57,994 nucleotides of DNA from Candidatus Moranbacteria bacterium RIFOXYB1_FULL_43_19 (GCA_001784875.1 MFSH01000007.1:1-57994); one strand, 5' to 3'. Positions 9,174 to 19,500 are shown, numbered from the stretch's first letter. Notes: generated from the letters alone by a model not told the origin. Program-made: numbers and translations.

Positions 9174-9656
9174 GAAACCCTAAGCACTAAGCACTAAGCA
9201 CTAAATCCTAAATAATATCAAATGACCGAAATTCAAAGTTCAAGACGCGGATATGACCTCGAAGACAGAACTTTGAAATTTGCTAAAGAAGTTAGATTTT
9301 TCGTCAGAAAGCTACCCAGGACAATTTCAAATATTGAGGATGGTAAACAATTAGTCAGAGCTTCCGGATCCATAGGAGCAAATTATATAGAAGCAAACGA
9401 AGCGTTGAGTAAAAAAGATTTTGTGATGAGGATAAAAATTTGCCGGAAAGAAGCCAAAGAAAGCTGTTACTGGCTAAGCCTAATCTTCACTAATGAAAAA
9501 GTTGAATTAGACAATGAGAGAAATAGCCTTATAAAAGAAGCTTCGGAACTCACAAGAATATTTGGATCAATAGTTGAAAAATCAAAATAGTTTTGAGGAT
9601 TAAAACATTTGGATTTCGAAATTATTTTGGATTTAGATATTAGAATTTAGGATTTG
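9174..9656 (+). mobile_element. family-A heptad-arm cassette carrying a four-helix-bundle gene
   Basis: 5' arm aaccctaagcactaagcactaagcactaaatcctaaataatatcaaatgacc; 3' arm tttggatttcgaaattattttggatttagatattagaatttaggattt; imperfectly complementary. Confidence 0.75.
9222..9590 (+). CDS. four-helix-bundle protein (TIGR02436)
   Basis: YDLEDRTLKFA...QLVRASGSIGANYIEANEALSKKDF...KEAKESCYWL signature. Confidence 0.93.
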   Translation: MTEIQSSRRGYDLEDRTLKFAKEVRFFVRKLPRTISNIEDGKQLVRASGSIGANYIEANEALSKKDFVMRIKICRKEAKESCYWLSLIFTNEKVELDNERNSLIKEASELTRIFGSIVEKSK

Positions 9657-9668
9657 AAAAACAAAAAT

Positions 9669-10685
9669 ATGTTCAAAAAAATCACTGCGACAATTCTCCT
9701 CCTGGCGCTTTTAGGCCTCGCAATGCCGCGTCCGGCCCGGGCTGACGCCTGGGGAACAAATCTGGCCGCCGCCATCGAAGGCGTGACTCTCACCAAAATG
9801 CTCGACACGATTGAGAAAACAATGGTCGCCAATCTCAAGATCATGGCCATTCGGATCATCCAGGGAAGGCTTCAGGTGCTTCTCACCGGATCCTGCGGCG
9901 CCTATTGCATCGGCGGCTCGTCAGGATTCATCACCGACTGGCAGGACTATATTTTCGGCTCGGCCCAGCGCACAGCCGAAAACACCGTCAACACTTTTTT
10001 CAACGGGATGCGAAGCGGTGTCGGCTCGGGCATGGAGCGGGTCGTGAATAATGCCCAAAAGAGACTTGACGCCGAAGTCTTGAGTACAAAGAAGCCAAAT
10101 CTTCAGAATTATGTCAGCGAAGGAAAAGTTGAATATATTTTCGATCCGACAAAATCAGTAAATAATCGTTGGATCGCCTTTCGTAAAAGTTTCGAGCCAC
10201 AAAATGATGAAGGATATATAGCATTGGGGGGATATACAAAAATGATGGAAGCCTTTCGCCAACAAGAAGAGCTCCGAAAAACAAAGGCCACCTCCTACCA
10301 AGGCTTCACGGGAACGGAGAAAAAACCTTCCCAAGCGGGAAAATACGGTCCAATGGGATATGGCTCTGAAAACGAAGGCTACGAATCAGTTTCTGAAGAA
10401 GGACTCACCTCCCTCCCCGGATCAGTGACAAAAGATTTCACTTCGGAAATCTCTCTTATGGGAGTGAAAATGATTGAATTCGCCCGATCCATTCCGGAAG
10501 TGGTTGCCAATATGGTTGCCCAGACGATTACCAGCCTCATCAACTACGGCATACGCCAGGTGACAGATCCGATTGACAACGCCGTCATCAACGTCCGCAA
10601 CAAAGTCGGAACGAGCATTAACCAAACCCAGAGCGATATCCAGTCAGGGATGAGAGAGTCCATTTATTTCAATAAGAAGCAATAA
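9669..10685 (+). CDS. secreted hypothetical protein, T4SS-cluster associated
   Basis: Signal peptide ending PRPARA; helical; immediately upstream of the VirB6-like gene. Confidence 0.8.
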   Translation: MFKKITATILLLALLGLAMPRPARADAWGTNLAAAIEGVTLTKMLDTIEKTMVANLKIMAIRIIQGRLQVLLTGSCGAYCIGGSSGFITDWQDYIFGSAQRTAENTVNTFFNGMRSGVGSGMERVVNNAQKRLDAEVLSTKKPNLQNYVSEGKVEYIFDPTKSVNNRWIAFRKSFEPQNDEGYIALGGYTKMMEAFRQQEELRKTKATSYQGFTGTEKKPSQAGKYGPMGYGSENEGYESVSEEGLTSLPGSVTKDFTSEISLMGVKMIEFARSIPEVVANMVAQTITSLINYGIRQVTDPIDNAVINVRNKVGTSINQTQSDIQSGMRESIYFNKKQ

Positions 10686-10731
10686 ACATGCTCTGCATTT
10701 TTCTTCAAAATCCGCGCTTAAAAAACCCTTA

Positions 10732-12942
10732 GTGAGCAAAAATAATCTCAAAAAAAATAAAATAATTCGCTTCGCTGTCATTTTTGTCTTAGCGCTTTTT
10801 TTCTTTTGCGGTAAACTAGAAATAAACATCATAAAATATAGCGGCTCTGATCCAACTCCGACAAAATATCGTATTCAGCTCTTTCAAAGCTCCCGAGCTC
10901 AGGAGTCAGCATTGCCAACGGGGGGCAGTCCTTTAATGGATACCTACCTAGAACAAACAAAAAATTCGCCCGGCATATGGGAAAGGATGATATCCGGAGG
11001 AATCATATTGGTCCTTGGAGGCATCCAGCTTGTTTGTGCATGGCTTGTGAATATCGCCGCCTATCTTTTGAATTCGATGCTTAGTCCAAGTCTCTATAAT
11101 TTTACTAGCGAACCTATTATCACGACTGGTTGGGCCGCAGTACGTGATGTTTGCAATCTTTTTTTTCTGCTCATTCTTCTTTTTATCGCTTTTTGTACTA
11201 TCCTCCAAATTGAAAAATACCACGCCAAAAAAACTCTTTTAACTTTCATTCTGATGGCCCTTCTCGTCAATTTCTCAAAACCCATCGCCATCTTCATCTT
11301 CGACGGCTCCCAGCTTCTTATGAACTTTTTTCTAGCAAAAATATCATCCGCCAGTGGCGGAGACTATGCGTCAAAAATTGCCGATATATCAGAAATTACT
11401 AAGATCTTTGGTAAATATAATTATGGATTTACAAAGGCGGAGGTTAACAGTTATCAGCTGGTTGCCAAATATATTTTCGCGATTATATTTCTATTTATGT
11501 TTGGCATAGCTCTACTTGTCATGGCCCTTTATCTTCTCATTCGAATAATTGCTCTCTGGCTTTTGATTATTGTGTCTCCTTTCGCCTTTCTATTCAATGC
11601 CGTTCCGGATTTCAAGAAAATATCCTCTGATTGGTGGGATGCTCTTTTCAAATATTCCTATGTTGGTCCATCAATAGCCTTTTTCTTATGGCTTTCTACT
11701 TTTCTTGCTACCTCTAGTATGAAGTCAAGTATAGAGAAATCGAGCCCTGGATCAAGCCAGGGTGATCCTCTTTTTACTACGGTAATTGCGGCTATTCTGC
11801 CTTATCTGGTCGTTCTTGTTTTTCTCTATGCCGCCATCATCATCTCCCAAAAATTCGGCATTGCTTTTGCCGGCGCTATCACCAGCCGGGCGAACAAGGC
11901 CTTGTCCTTCTTCCCGCGTAAAGGCTGGCAGGGAACGAAATATGCAGCGAGGGGCGCAGCGAAATGGGGGGAGAGAAAATTTCTTATGCCAGGCGGAAAA
12001 GAGGGTGGCTGGAATTTGAGCCCGCGGTCTTGGGTTCAGGGGTGGAAAGAAAGAGCTGCTGAAGTTGACCGAAGAGCGCTTTCGCAAGCCACCGCAGACT
12101 CACGCGACAAGCTGGGAGGATTTTTCAAAGACGGAAAAAATCCCAATTATCACCGGGAACTGGCTTACGCCCAGCTGGAAGGGGAAAAAAGGAAAGAGCT
12201 TGAAAGTATTTCCACGGAATCTAATCGTATGATTGATGAAATCAAAAAAATAGAGGCTAAAAAAGCGCAAGGAAAGACTCTTACCAAAGAAGAACAAGCT
12301 TCTGTCACTGCGGCGCTCAAAATAATATTCGATAACAATGATCAAGATGATTTCATGTTGGATGGAAGAGGCAAAAAAGACTTTGACCCATTCGAACTAA
12401 GGGAAGAGCTCAGAAAAACGCTTACTGGCATAGGGTTATCGGAGGAAGAATCCGCCAGACACGCCTACCATATGCAAAATACCGCCCTAATGCGCGGAAA
12501 TCTCGGTCATTTTGGTATGGCCTCCTTCAAGAATGGCAAATACTCTTTTAATAATGATGAACAACAACTAGCCAAAATTCTTGGAAAATACGGAACGATG
12601 GAATCCCAACAAAAAGCAAAAATTTTACACAGAAATGCGCTTATGCGAGAGGGTAGGGTATTGGCTGGTGAAACAAATCCGATCACTGGCGAGATTGCCA
12701 GTGATTATCAGCGCATATTCACTGAGATGCACAAGGTTGGAAGAGCTTTAGCCGCCGCCACAAACAAAGCCGAATTAGAACAATTGAACAGGGCCCGAGG
12801 AGATACTTTGGCCGCTGTTGGAAAATCGAAACATCTGATCGACGAGCAGGTTGATATCATAGAATCTCCGCAAGTAGCTGCGAAAATAAAAGAATTCACC
12901 AAAAGAATGGAAGATCTCCAATTTAAGGGAAATAAAAAATGA
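10732..12942 (+). CDS. VirB6/TrbL-like polytopic membrane protein with charged C-terminal tail
   Basis: GWAAVRDVCNLFF, LIRIIALWLLIIVSPFAF and WWDALFKY motifs typical of CPR VirB6; context with prgI and virB4. Confidence 0.75.
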   Translation: MSKNNLKKNKIIRFAVIFVLALFFFCGKLEINIIKYSGSDPTPTKYRIQLFQSSRAQESALPTGGSPLMDTYLEQTKNSPGIWERMISGGIILVLGGIQLVCAWLVNIAAYLLNSMLSPSLYNFTSEPIITTGWAAVRDVCNLFFLLILLFIAFCTILQIEKYHAKKTLLTFILMALLVNFSKPIAIFIFDGSQLLMNFFLAKISSASGGDYASKIADISEITKIFGKYNYGFTKAEVNSYQLVAKYIFAIIFLFMFGIALLVMALYLLIRIIALWLLIIVSPFAFLFNAVPDFKKISSDWWDALFKYSYVGPSIAFFLWLSTFLATSSMKSSIEKSSPGSSQGDPLFTTVIAAILPYLVVLVFLYAAIIISQKFGIAFAGAITSRANKALSFFPRKGWQGTKYAARGAAKWGERKFLMPGGKEGGWNLSPRSWVQGWKERAAEVDRRALSQATADSRDKLGGFFKDGKNPNYHRELAYAQLEGEKRKELESISTESNRMIDEIKKIEAKKAQGKTLTKEEQASVTAALKIIFDNNDQDDFMLDGRGKKDFDPFELREELRKTLTGIGLSEEESARHAYHMQNTALMRGNLGHFGMASFKNGKYSFNNDEQQLAKILGKYGTMESQQKAKILHRNALMREGRVLAGETNPITGEIASDYQRIFTEMHKVGRALAAATNKAELEQLNRARGDTLAAVGKSKHLIDEQVDIIESPQVAAKIKEFTKRMEDLQFKGNKK

Positions 12943-14357
12943 ACAACCTCAATCCCCAAAATAAATTTGAAAATTTTCACGGGCTTCCGGATCCGGAATG
13001 TGCTCTTATCATTGAACGCTATCTCCTCCAGGCGATTGAAAGCGACGTTTATATAGAATGGGAAATAGTCACCAAATTTTTGGAAGCTCCCTATGAAATG
13101 CGTGAGGCAATGAGCAAGCTTTTCAACGCCTCCCTCCGAAGAAATCTCCAGTCAATTGGCAACCTTACCATAAGTAGCTGGCTCAATAAGTATCTTAACA
13201 GATTTGCAAATATCGAGCGCTCTGCAACTTCATTTTTTGAGTTTGTTATGAATGACCCGGACGCAAAAGAATTATCCGCAACCGAAAAAATAAAACTTAT
13301 GCGGGTTTTGAGAATGTATGATTATCTTTTCGTCACTCCCATTTTTGATCTTGAAGATCCGCCGGCCGAAGCTCTGCTTCAATTTCCGATGTACCTAAAT
13401 CAAAATATAGCTGAGATCCAAGCTGAAATATCTTCTCTCGGGTTCAGAGACTCTGCCACCCCACAAGAAATATCGGAAAAACTTCAGCTTAAAGAAGCCT
13501 TGAGGCAATATCCAAAAATCGGAGAGCAGACAATCAGTTCAGCGCCGCTCAACATCAAGATTTTTGACCGTCCCGTTCGGCCTTCGATCCGAAATTGGCT
13601 CTACGATTACACTTCCCAGCTGGGCCAGGAGCCCCACGATTCAATGCAAAGAACCAATTTCCTTTTCCGGTCAGAGAACACGAAGAATTTGAGCTCGACC
13701 GAGAGGGAAAAATTGGGTATAATACTGAAGTCATTCGATGAAAACACGCCTCTTCCGATTGACACGGAGAACAACGAAGTTGTATTTGAAAATCTCGGGG
13801 CGCAGAAACTATCTGGCGGAGGGTATGACTCAGAACATATAACTCCGGTCTCTTACCAAAATCTGGCGGAAGAGTCATTTATCCAGGCTTATCCTAGGAT
13901 CGGCTCAGAGCCAACCGTCCGGCCCAGGCCTGTTCAGAATAATTTTGTCATGACTTTCCAGCCGCCAGAGACGAGGCCACCCATTTCGCCACAACCGGTC
14001 CAAACACAAAAACCAGATACAAAATACGAAATACGAGATACGAATAAAATCCAGTTCGTGAACCCATATCCAGCGCCGGAAACTCATAAAATGTCGTCAG
14101 TCAAACCAGAAATGGCCGGCGAGGCTCCCGTGAAGCTCAAGGGGTTTTCAGAGGGCGTTTTGAAACTAGCTGCTTCACCAACTGTGAAACAGACACAATT
14201 CTCAAAACCGAAGACGCCAACCCCTGCTAAACAGCCATGGTCCTATGCCCCAAGTCACCCCAAAAACATCATTTACCCTCATTACGGATCCGGCAGAGAA
14301 AGGAAACCGGATCCGAAGGTTGAGGGAAACATTGTTGATCTATCAGGAGAGAAATAA
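12939..14357 (+). CDS. hypothetical protein with Pro-rich C-terminus
   Basis: 472-aa ORF coupled to the previous gene by an ATGA overlap; ends GNIVDLSGEK. Confidence 0.8.
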   Translation: MNNLNPQNKFENFHGLPDPECALIIERYLLQAIESDVYIEWEIVTKFLEAPYEMREAMSKLFNASLRRNLQSIGNLTISSWLNKYLNRFANIERSATSFFEFVMNDPDAKELSATEKIKLMRVLRMYDYLFVTPIFDLEDPPAEALLQFPMYLNQNIAEIQAEISSLGFRDSATPQEISEKLQLKEALRQYPKIGEQTISSAPLNIKIFDRPVRPSIRNWLYDYTSQLGQEPHDSMQRTNFLFRSENTKNLSSTEREKLGIILKSFDENTPLPIDTENNEVVFENLGAQKLSGGGYDSEHITPVSYQNLAEESFIQAYPRIGSEPTVRPRPVQNNFVMTFQPPETRPPISPQPVQTQKPDTKYEIRDTNKIQFVNPYPAPETHKMSSVKPEMAGEAPVKLKGFSEGVLKLAASPTVKQTQFSKPKTPTPAKQPWSYAPSHPKNIIYPHYGSGRERKPDPKVEGNIVDLSGEK

Positions 14358-14358
14358 T

Positions 14359-14493
14359 TTGAAACCCTAAGCACTAAATCCTAAACTCTAAACAATACCA
14401 AATGACCAAAATTAAAAATTCAAAAAGTTTTTGACATTTGTATTTTGAGTTTTGGATTTATTTAGGATTTAGGAATTAGAATTTAGGATTTGA
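14359..14493 (+). repeat. family-A heptad inverted-arm element, empty copy
   Basis: gaaaccctaagcactaaatcctaaactctaaacaataccaaatgacc ... ggatttatttaggatttaggaattagaatttaggatttg; ends just before the ATG at 14498. Confidence 0.85.
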
Positions 14494-14497
14494 AACC

Positions 14498-14914
14498 ATG
14501 CATGCCAATGTCCCCCAATTTATAGAGATGGAAGACAAGATCGCTTTCGGACTTACCTCGAAGCAGCTTTTGTGGATGGGCGGAATGGCCGCCTGCCTCA
14601 TTGTCCTTTATAGCGTCGTTGAGCGCCAGATTTTTCTTTTCGTCGCCATTCCCATCATAATCATTTTCGGAACTTTCACTTTTTACCGCCCGCAGGGAAT
14701 ATCCTTTTTGGCTTTTTTCGGTTTCATGATCCAGTATTTCACCCGCCCCAAAAAATATATCTGGAAAAGAGTGTACGAAAAGAACGGATCAGCTTTCGCC
14801 AAGTCCCTCCAGGAAGCCCAGAAAAGAAAATCCGCCCCCGCGGCACAGGTGAAAATATTTCCCAGCCGGAGCCAGCTCAAGAAAGTCGCCTGGGTGCTGG
14901 ACACGAAGAAATAG
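14498..14914 (+). CDS. prgI: PrgI-family (VirB3-like) protein
   Basis: VPQFIEMEDKIAFGLTSKQL, two TM helices, PKKYIW. Confidence 0.85.
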   Translation: MHANVPQFIEMEDKIAFGLTSKQLLWMGGMAACLIVLYSVVERQIFLFVAIPIIIIFGTFTFYRPQGISFLAFFGFMIQYFTRPKKYIWKRVYEKNGSAFAKSLQEAQKRKSAPAAQVKIFPSRSQLKKVAWVLDTKK

Positions 14915-14937
14915 TTATTGATTACGGTGTTTAACAG

Positions 14938-15076
14938 AGGTGGGCAACAGGGCAATGAGCAATGAGATTGGCAGTGGGTCATTAGTAGTGGGATTTTCGC
15001 TATACTTTAATCTAAAAAACTCACAGCCAAAGACCCAAGACTTGTCCCACAGCCCACAGCCTTGTAACCAAAGACT
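14938..15076 (+). repeat. family-B heptad inverted-arm element, empty copy
   Basis: Very similar to 5563-5690, including the spacer gattttcgctatac. Confidence 0.85.
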
Positions 15077-15085
15077 AAAAATATC

Positions 15086-15781
15086 ATGGAAAGCCTACAC
15101 TCCAAAAATTTAACCAAAAACGAAGCCCTTGGGAAATCGACCCAGGAGTTTGTTGATATCGCCGAAATCAAAGACGGAGTGGTTATTCTCAAAAACAACT
15201 CCCTCCGGGCAGTGCTTATGGTATCTTCTATTAATTTTGACTTGAAATCTACCCAGGAGCAGGAGGCTATCGTCGCCGCCTACCAGGGTTTTTTGAATTC
15301 TCTTGATTTCCCGCTCCAGATCATCATCAGCACCCGGAAGTTGGACATCAGCCCCTATATAGAATTGCTAACCGAACAAGAACGTATTCAGGAAAATGAT
15401 CTGCTTCGCTTCCAGATCAGTGAATACCGCGGTTTCATCAAAAACCTGGTCGGCACAGCCAATATCATGACCAAAACTTTCTATATCGTTGTTCCGTTCG
15501 CCCTCACCGAAGGAAAAAAAGGAGGATTTCTAGAAAAAATGAAAATTGCTCTCAATCCCAAGCAGGCCAAAATCGAGCGGGAAATGGAATTTGAAAATTA
15601 CAAAAGCCAGCTTTGGCAAAGAGTGGACCATATCACAGCCGGACTTTCCGGGACCGGAATAAAGATCGCCCCCCTGGGGACGGAAGAGCTTGTCGAGCTT
15701 TTCTACAACGCCTATAACCCGAAAGTGACCGAATCGGCAGAAAAAATAGAAACGGAGAAGCTGGAGATGGGGAGAATTTAA
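15086..15781 (+). CDS. TraC/VirB4 N-terminal-like T4SS protein
   Basis: STQEFVDIAEIKDGVVILK...SINFDLKS..EQEAIV.AY..FLNSLDFPLQI; lies between prgI and virB4. Confidence 0.8.
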   Translation: MESLHSKNLTKNEALGKSTQEFVDIAEIKDGVVILKNNSLRAVLMVSSINFDLKSTQEQEAIVAAYQGFLNSLDFPLQIIISTRKLDISPYIELLTEQERIQENDLLRFQISEYRGFIKNLVGTANIMTKTFYIVVPFALTEGKKGGFLEKMKIALNPKQAKIEREMEFENYKSQLWQRVDHITAGLSGTGIKIAPLGTEELVELFYNAYNPKVTESAEKIETEKLEMGRI

Positions 15782-15790
15782 AATATATCC

Positions 15791-15907
15791 GTGGGTAACA
15801 AGGTCATTGGCAGTGAGCCTGGCTGTGGGTCATAAGTCTCTGGATATTTTCCAAGGACCCAAGACCAATGACCTGTCCCACAGCCCAAAACCTAGTTACC
15901 AATGACT
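15791..15907 (+). repeat. family-B heptad inverted-arm element, empty copy
   Basis: gtgggtaacaaggtcattggcagtgagcctggctgtgggtca ... gaccaatgacctgtcccacagcccaaaacctagttacc. Confidence 0.8.
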
Positions 15908-15916
15908 TAAACATAA

Positions 15917-17743
15917 ATGTTAGATTTTCTCAAAAACAAAAAAGGGGAGAAAAAGAAACCGGAGGAGCTTTTTACCGAAGGCGCTGACGCGGAAAAAATT
16001 TTCCGAGAAGGCCTCGCCACCGTCACCGACCTCATTGCTCCATCGGCTCTTGATATTGGATCGAATTTCATCCAGGTTGGGGAGACTTTCGCCAAGACGA
16101 TCTTTGTGACCACTTATCCGCGATACCTCCACACGGCCTGGTTTTCACCGATCATCAATCTCGATGTCCCGATGGATATCGCCATGTCCATTTATCCCGT
16201 GGAAAGCGTCAACGTGATGAAAAGCCTCCGGCGCCGGATCACCCAGGTGGAGTCGGAAATCCATCTTGAAGCCGAAGCCGGAAAAGTCCGCGATCCGGCT
16301 CTCGAAACGGCGCTTCAGGACATTGAACAGCTTCGCGACCAGCTCCAGCAGGGAACGGAACGCTTTTTCCGATTCGGTCTTTATCTCACGATCTATGGCG
16401 CAAGCAAAGCCGAAGTTGAAAAATCAGCCCAGTTCATCGAATCCCTCCTGGAGTCAAGGCTGACCTACGTCAAAGAGGCCGTTTTTCGTTCCGAACAGGG
16501 ATTTGTTTCCACTTTGCCGCTGGCCAACGACGAACTGAACGTGAACAACAACATGAACAGCCAGCCGCTTTCGACCACTTTCCCTTTTGTCTCTTCGGAC
16601 CTTTCTTCTTCGCGGGGGGTCCTTTATGGCATCAATCGCCACAACAACAGCCTGGTCCTTTTCGACCGATTTGACATGGAAAATGCCAACATGGTTATTT
16701 TCGCCAAGTCCGGCGCGGGAAAAAGCTATGCCGTGAAGCTCGAAATTCTCCGTTCTCTCATGTTCGGAACGGATGTGATTGTCATTGATCCGGAAAATGA
16801 ATACCAATTTCTTTGTGAAGCGGTTGGCGGAAGTTTCATAAATATTTCTCTCACTTCCAACTATCACCTCAATCCTTTCGACCTTCCTAATCTCGGAGAG
16901 GGCGAGGATTTGAGAGATGTTCTCCGGAGCAACATTGCGAGCCTTCTGGGACTTCTGCATATCATGCTCGGAAACATCACTCCCGAAGAAGATTCCATTC
17001 TTGACCGGGCGATCAGCGAAACCTACGCCATAAAAGACATCACTTTAGACAGCAGTATCCGCATTTTTCCGCGCGATCAGATTCCAACCATGTCCGATCT
17101 TTATGAAGTTCTCCGGAACATGGAGGGCGGGGAAGACCTGGCAACGCGCCTTGAAAAATATACCCAGGGAATTTTTTCCGGTTTTCTCAACAACCAAAGC
17201 AACATCAGCCTTGAAAATCAGATGGTCGTCTTCAATATCCGCGATATGGAAGAGGAACTGCGTCCGGTGGCGATGTATGTCGTTTTGCATTTCATTTGGA
17301 ATGAAATCCGCTCCAAACTCAAAAAAAGGATGGTCGTCGTTGATGAGGCTTGGGTGATGATGCAGCACGAGGACGCCGGGTCTTTCATGTTTTCAATCGC
17401 CAAGCGCTGCCGAAAATATTTTGCCGGCCTCACGACCATCACTCAGGACATCTCTGATTTTCTTGCCTCCCGCTACGGAAAACCGATCGTTACCAACTCA
17501 TCAATCCAGCTCCTTCTTAAGCAGTCTCCGGCAGCAATTGACGTCATCGGCGATACTTTCTATCTCACCGACCAGGAGAAATTCATGCTCCTTGAATGCA
17601 ACGTCGGAGAAGGAATATTTTTCGCCGGCACGAAGCACGTGGCTATCCAGGTGGTGGCCTCCTATTCGGAGGATCAGCTCGTGACCACCAACCCCGAGCA
17701 AATTCTCCAGAGAAAAGAGGAAGCAAAAGAGAAAGCAAGCTGA
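15917..17743 (+). CDS. virB4: VirB4-like type IV secretion ATPase
   Basis: Walker A AKSGAGKS, IDPENEY, Walker B VVVDEAW, RKY...TQD. Confidence 0.92.
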   Translation: MLDFLKNKKGEKKKPEELFTEGADAEKIFREGLATVTDLIAPSALDIGSNFIQVGETFAKTIFVTTYPRYLHTAWFSPIINLDVPMDIAMSIYPVESVNVMKSLRRRITQVESEIHLEAEAGKVRDPALETALQDIEQLRDQLQQGTERFFRFGLYLTIYGASKAEVEKSAQFIESLLESRLTYVKEAVFRSEQGFVSTLPLANDELNVNNNMNSQPLSTTFPFVSSDLSSSRGVLYGINRHNNSLVLFDRFDMENANMVIFAKSGAGKSYAVKLEILRSLMFGTDVIVIDPENEYQFLCEAVGGSFINISLTSNYHLNPFDLPNLGEGEDLRDVLRSNIASLLGLLHIMLGNITPEEDSILDRAISETYAIKDITLDSSIRIFPRDQIPTMSDLYEVLRNMEGGEDLATRLEKYTQGIFSGFLNNQSNISLENQMVVFNIRDMEEELRPVAMYVVLHFIWNEIRSKLKKRMVVVDEAWVMMQHEDAGSFMFSIAKRCRKYFAGLTTITQDISDFLASRYGKPIVTNSSIQLLLKQSPAAIDVIGDTFYLTDQEKFMLLECNVGEGIFFAGTKHVAIQVVASYSEDQLVTTNPEQILQRKEEAKEKAS

Positions 17744-17783
17744 TTTCTTTCTTATCAACAAACAATTTATAAACGTCCGGTTT

Positions 17784-18620
17784 ATGCCCTCAGAATCTTA
17801 TCCCAACCAAAAACATTACTCCGGTTCTAATCAGGATGATAAATTTGAAGGACACGATCCTTCAAATAATCCGTTTTCCTTTAAACACCCTTGGGATGAT
17901 GCGATGTTTTTAAATTATTCAGATAAAGAAAAACATGCAATAAAAAATGCAACAGGTCCAAATAATTTATGGAAGGCATTCGATGAAAGACTTAATTCTC
18001 CAAATGCACTTGATTTCGAAAGAAACGCAAGAAGTGAAAATTTGAGGGTGAATCATCCGCAGAGCGGAAATTATGTCTCGTCCCAACATCAATCCGATGT
18101 TGGAAATATGCTGAACCAGCAAAGACGGCAAGAAAACAGCGCAAGCGGATCCGGACAGGCGCAAAGCGTCTCTCCCAACGTACAAAATCTAGCCAAGGAA
18201 GCGGCAAAAAGTCCGCAATCAGCCGGAAAAAAAGCTGCTAAACTGGTTTTCAGCGTGTTCCGGCAAATCAGGGCCCAGGACTGGCCCTATCTCTGCCTTC
18301 TTTTACCCCTCTCTCTTTTGAAAGATATATTCGACATCGCTTTTGCGGCTATCCCGGGGGTAGGAATCGTAATTTCCTTCATCGGCACAGTTCTCCTCAC
18401 AATTTTTACAGCCGTTTGCCTCATCCTCATCGGAGAAAAAGTAATGTCGCGAAAAAGCGGAAAATACATCGCCGGTCTTTCAGTCGAATTCATCACAGAA
18501 GCCCTTCCGGCCATTGGTTGGCTGCCCCTCGCTTTCATTGAAACACTCGTGATTTATGGCTTTGTCCTTTGTGACCGAGCCGCTGCGCCCCAACCGGAAG
18601 GCGCAGAAGCATCGGCTTAG
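17784..18620 (+). CDS. hypothetical membrane protein
   Basis: Polar N-terminus, C-terminal hydrophobic hairpins (KDIFD...IPGVG, EALPAIGWLP). Confidence 0.75.
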   Translation: MPSESYPNQKHYSGSNQDDKFEGHDPSNNPFSFKHPWDDAMFLNYSDKEKHAIKNATGPNNLWKAFDERLNSPNALDFERNARSENLRVNHPQSGNYVSSQHQSDVGNMLNQQRRQENSASGSGQAQSVSPNVQNLAKEAAKSPQSAGKKAAKLVFSVFRQIRAQDWPYLCLLLPLSLLKDIFDIAFAAIPGVGIVISFIGTVLLTIFTAVCLILIGEKVMSRKSGKYIAGLSVEFITEALPAIGWLPLAFIETLVIYGFVLCDRAAAPQPEGAEASA

Positions 18621-18696
18621 TCCGAGCCCGAATACGCCGACGGCTATTCACAGCAGAAAGCAGCCTGAGAGAAAAAATTTTTATCAATAAACAAAA

Positions 18697-18810
18697 ATGA
18701 ATCCCGTACCACAGGCTTACGCATGTGGAATCAAAAAAAATTACTCTTCGGGATTTCAAATACAGTATTCTATGGATTTTCATCCATAGTCTCCTGTGGT
18801 ACAGGATGAA
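18697..18810. mobile_element. hairpin mini-element flanked by an ATGAA direct repeat
   Basis: ATGAA-tcccgtaccacagg ... cctgtggtacagg-ATGAA; the right copy provides the ATG at 18806. Confidence 0.7.
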
Positions 18811-19486
18811 CATAAACCTCAAAACTCTATCCCCGAAAAACCATTTCCTAAAAAAGCACCAGCGCGAAATTCTGATCGGTTTTTGCGCTCTTCTGATCCT
18901 TCTTGTCAGATTCATTTTCCCAGCCAATTTGAGCGGGGAGGTTTTCTGGATGGTTTTGACACTATTTTTCATTTTCCCTTTTCTCGTTGTCCGTTTTGTC
19001 CTCAAAGAAAATTCGAAAGATTTTGGGATGAAATTTGGAAACATTCGAAACGGCATTCTTTTCGCTGCAATTCTTTTCTTTATCCTCGCTGCTGCCAGCT
19101 ATTTCATCGTTTCAAAAGGAGCTTGGCGCAACCAGCTTCTTCTCCCTTCCGGAATTGCCAGAAGCTTTTGGTATTTCCTCTGGTTTGAGCTTCTCATTGC
19201 CCTTCCTATCCATTTTTTCTGGGAATTTTTCTTCCGGGGCTTCGTTCAGCTGGGGCTTGAAAAAAAATTGGGGATATTTTCTCTTTTTCTTCAGGGGCTT
19301 CTCCAAACCTTGCTCGCCGTCAGGAGCCCGCGGCCAATGATTTTTCTTGTTCTGGCATCCTCGCTCCTTGCTGGCTTTGTCGTATATAAAAGCCGGTCAA
19401 TATACTATTCCGCCGCGGCTATGTGGCTCGTTTCTCTGGGCTTGGATATAATACTCATAAGATACATAAATTTTGGAGGCTTATAA
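18806..19486 (+). CDS. CPBP/Abi (CAAX protease-like) membrane protein, degenerate motifs
   Basis: WEFFFRGFVQ and KSRSIYYS motifs; the conserved His residues appear absent. Confidence 0.7.
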   Translation: MNINLKTLSPKNHFLKKHQREILIGFCALLILLVRFIFPANLSGEVFWMVLTLFFIFPFLVVRFVLKENSKDFGMKFGNIRNGILFAAILFFILAAASYFIVSKGAWRNQLLLPSGIARSFWYFLWFELLIALPIHFFWEFFFRGFVQLGLEKKLGIFSLFLQGLLQTLLAVRSPRPMIFLVLASSLLAGFVVYKSRSIYYSAAAMWLVSLGLDIILIRYINFGGL

Positions 19487-19500
19487 GCACACTAAACATT

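Noticed and set aside
9174-9215. (ctaagca)n and other short periodic runs as a CRISPR array
   Set aside because: 7-nt degenerate units with no unique spacers, and no cas genes in the window.
7412-9590. Four-helix-bundle genes as Avd of a DGR or as a 23S rRNA intervening sequence
   Set aside because: No reverse transcriptase, no TR/VR pair differing at adenines, and no rRNA in the window.
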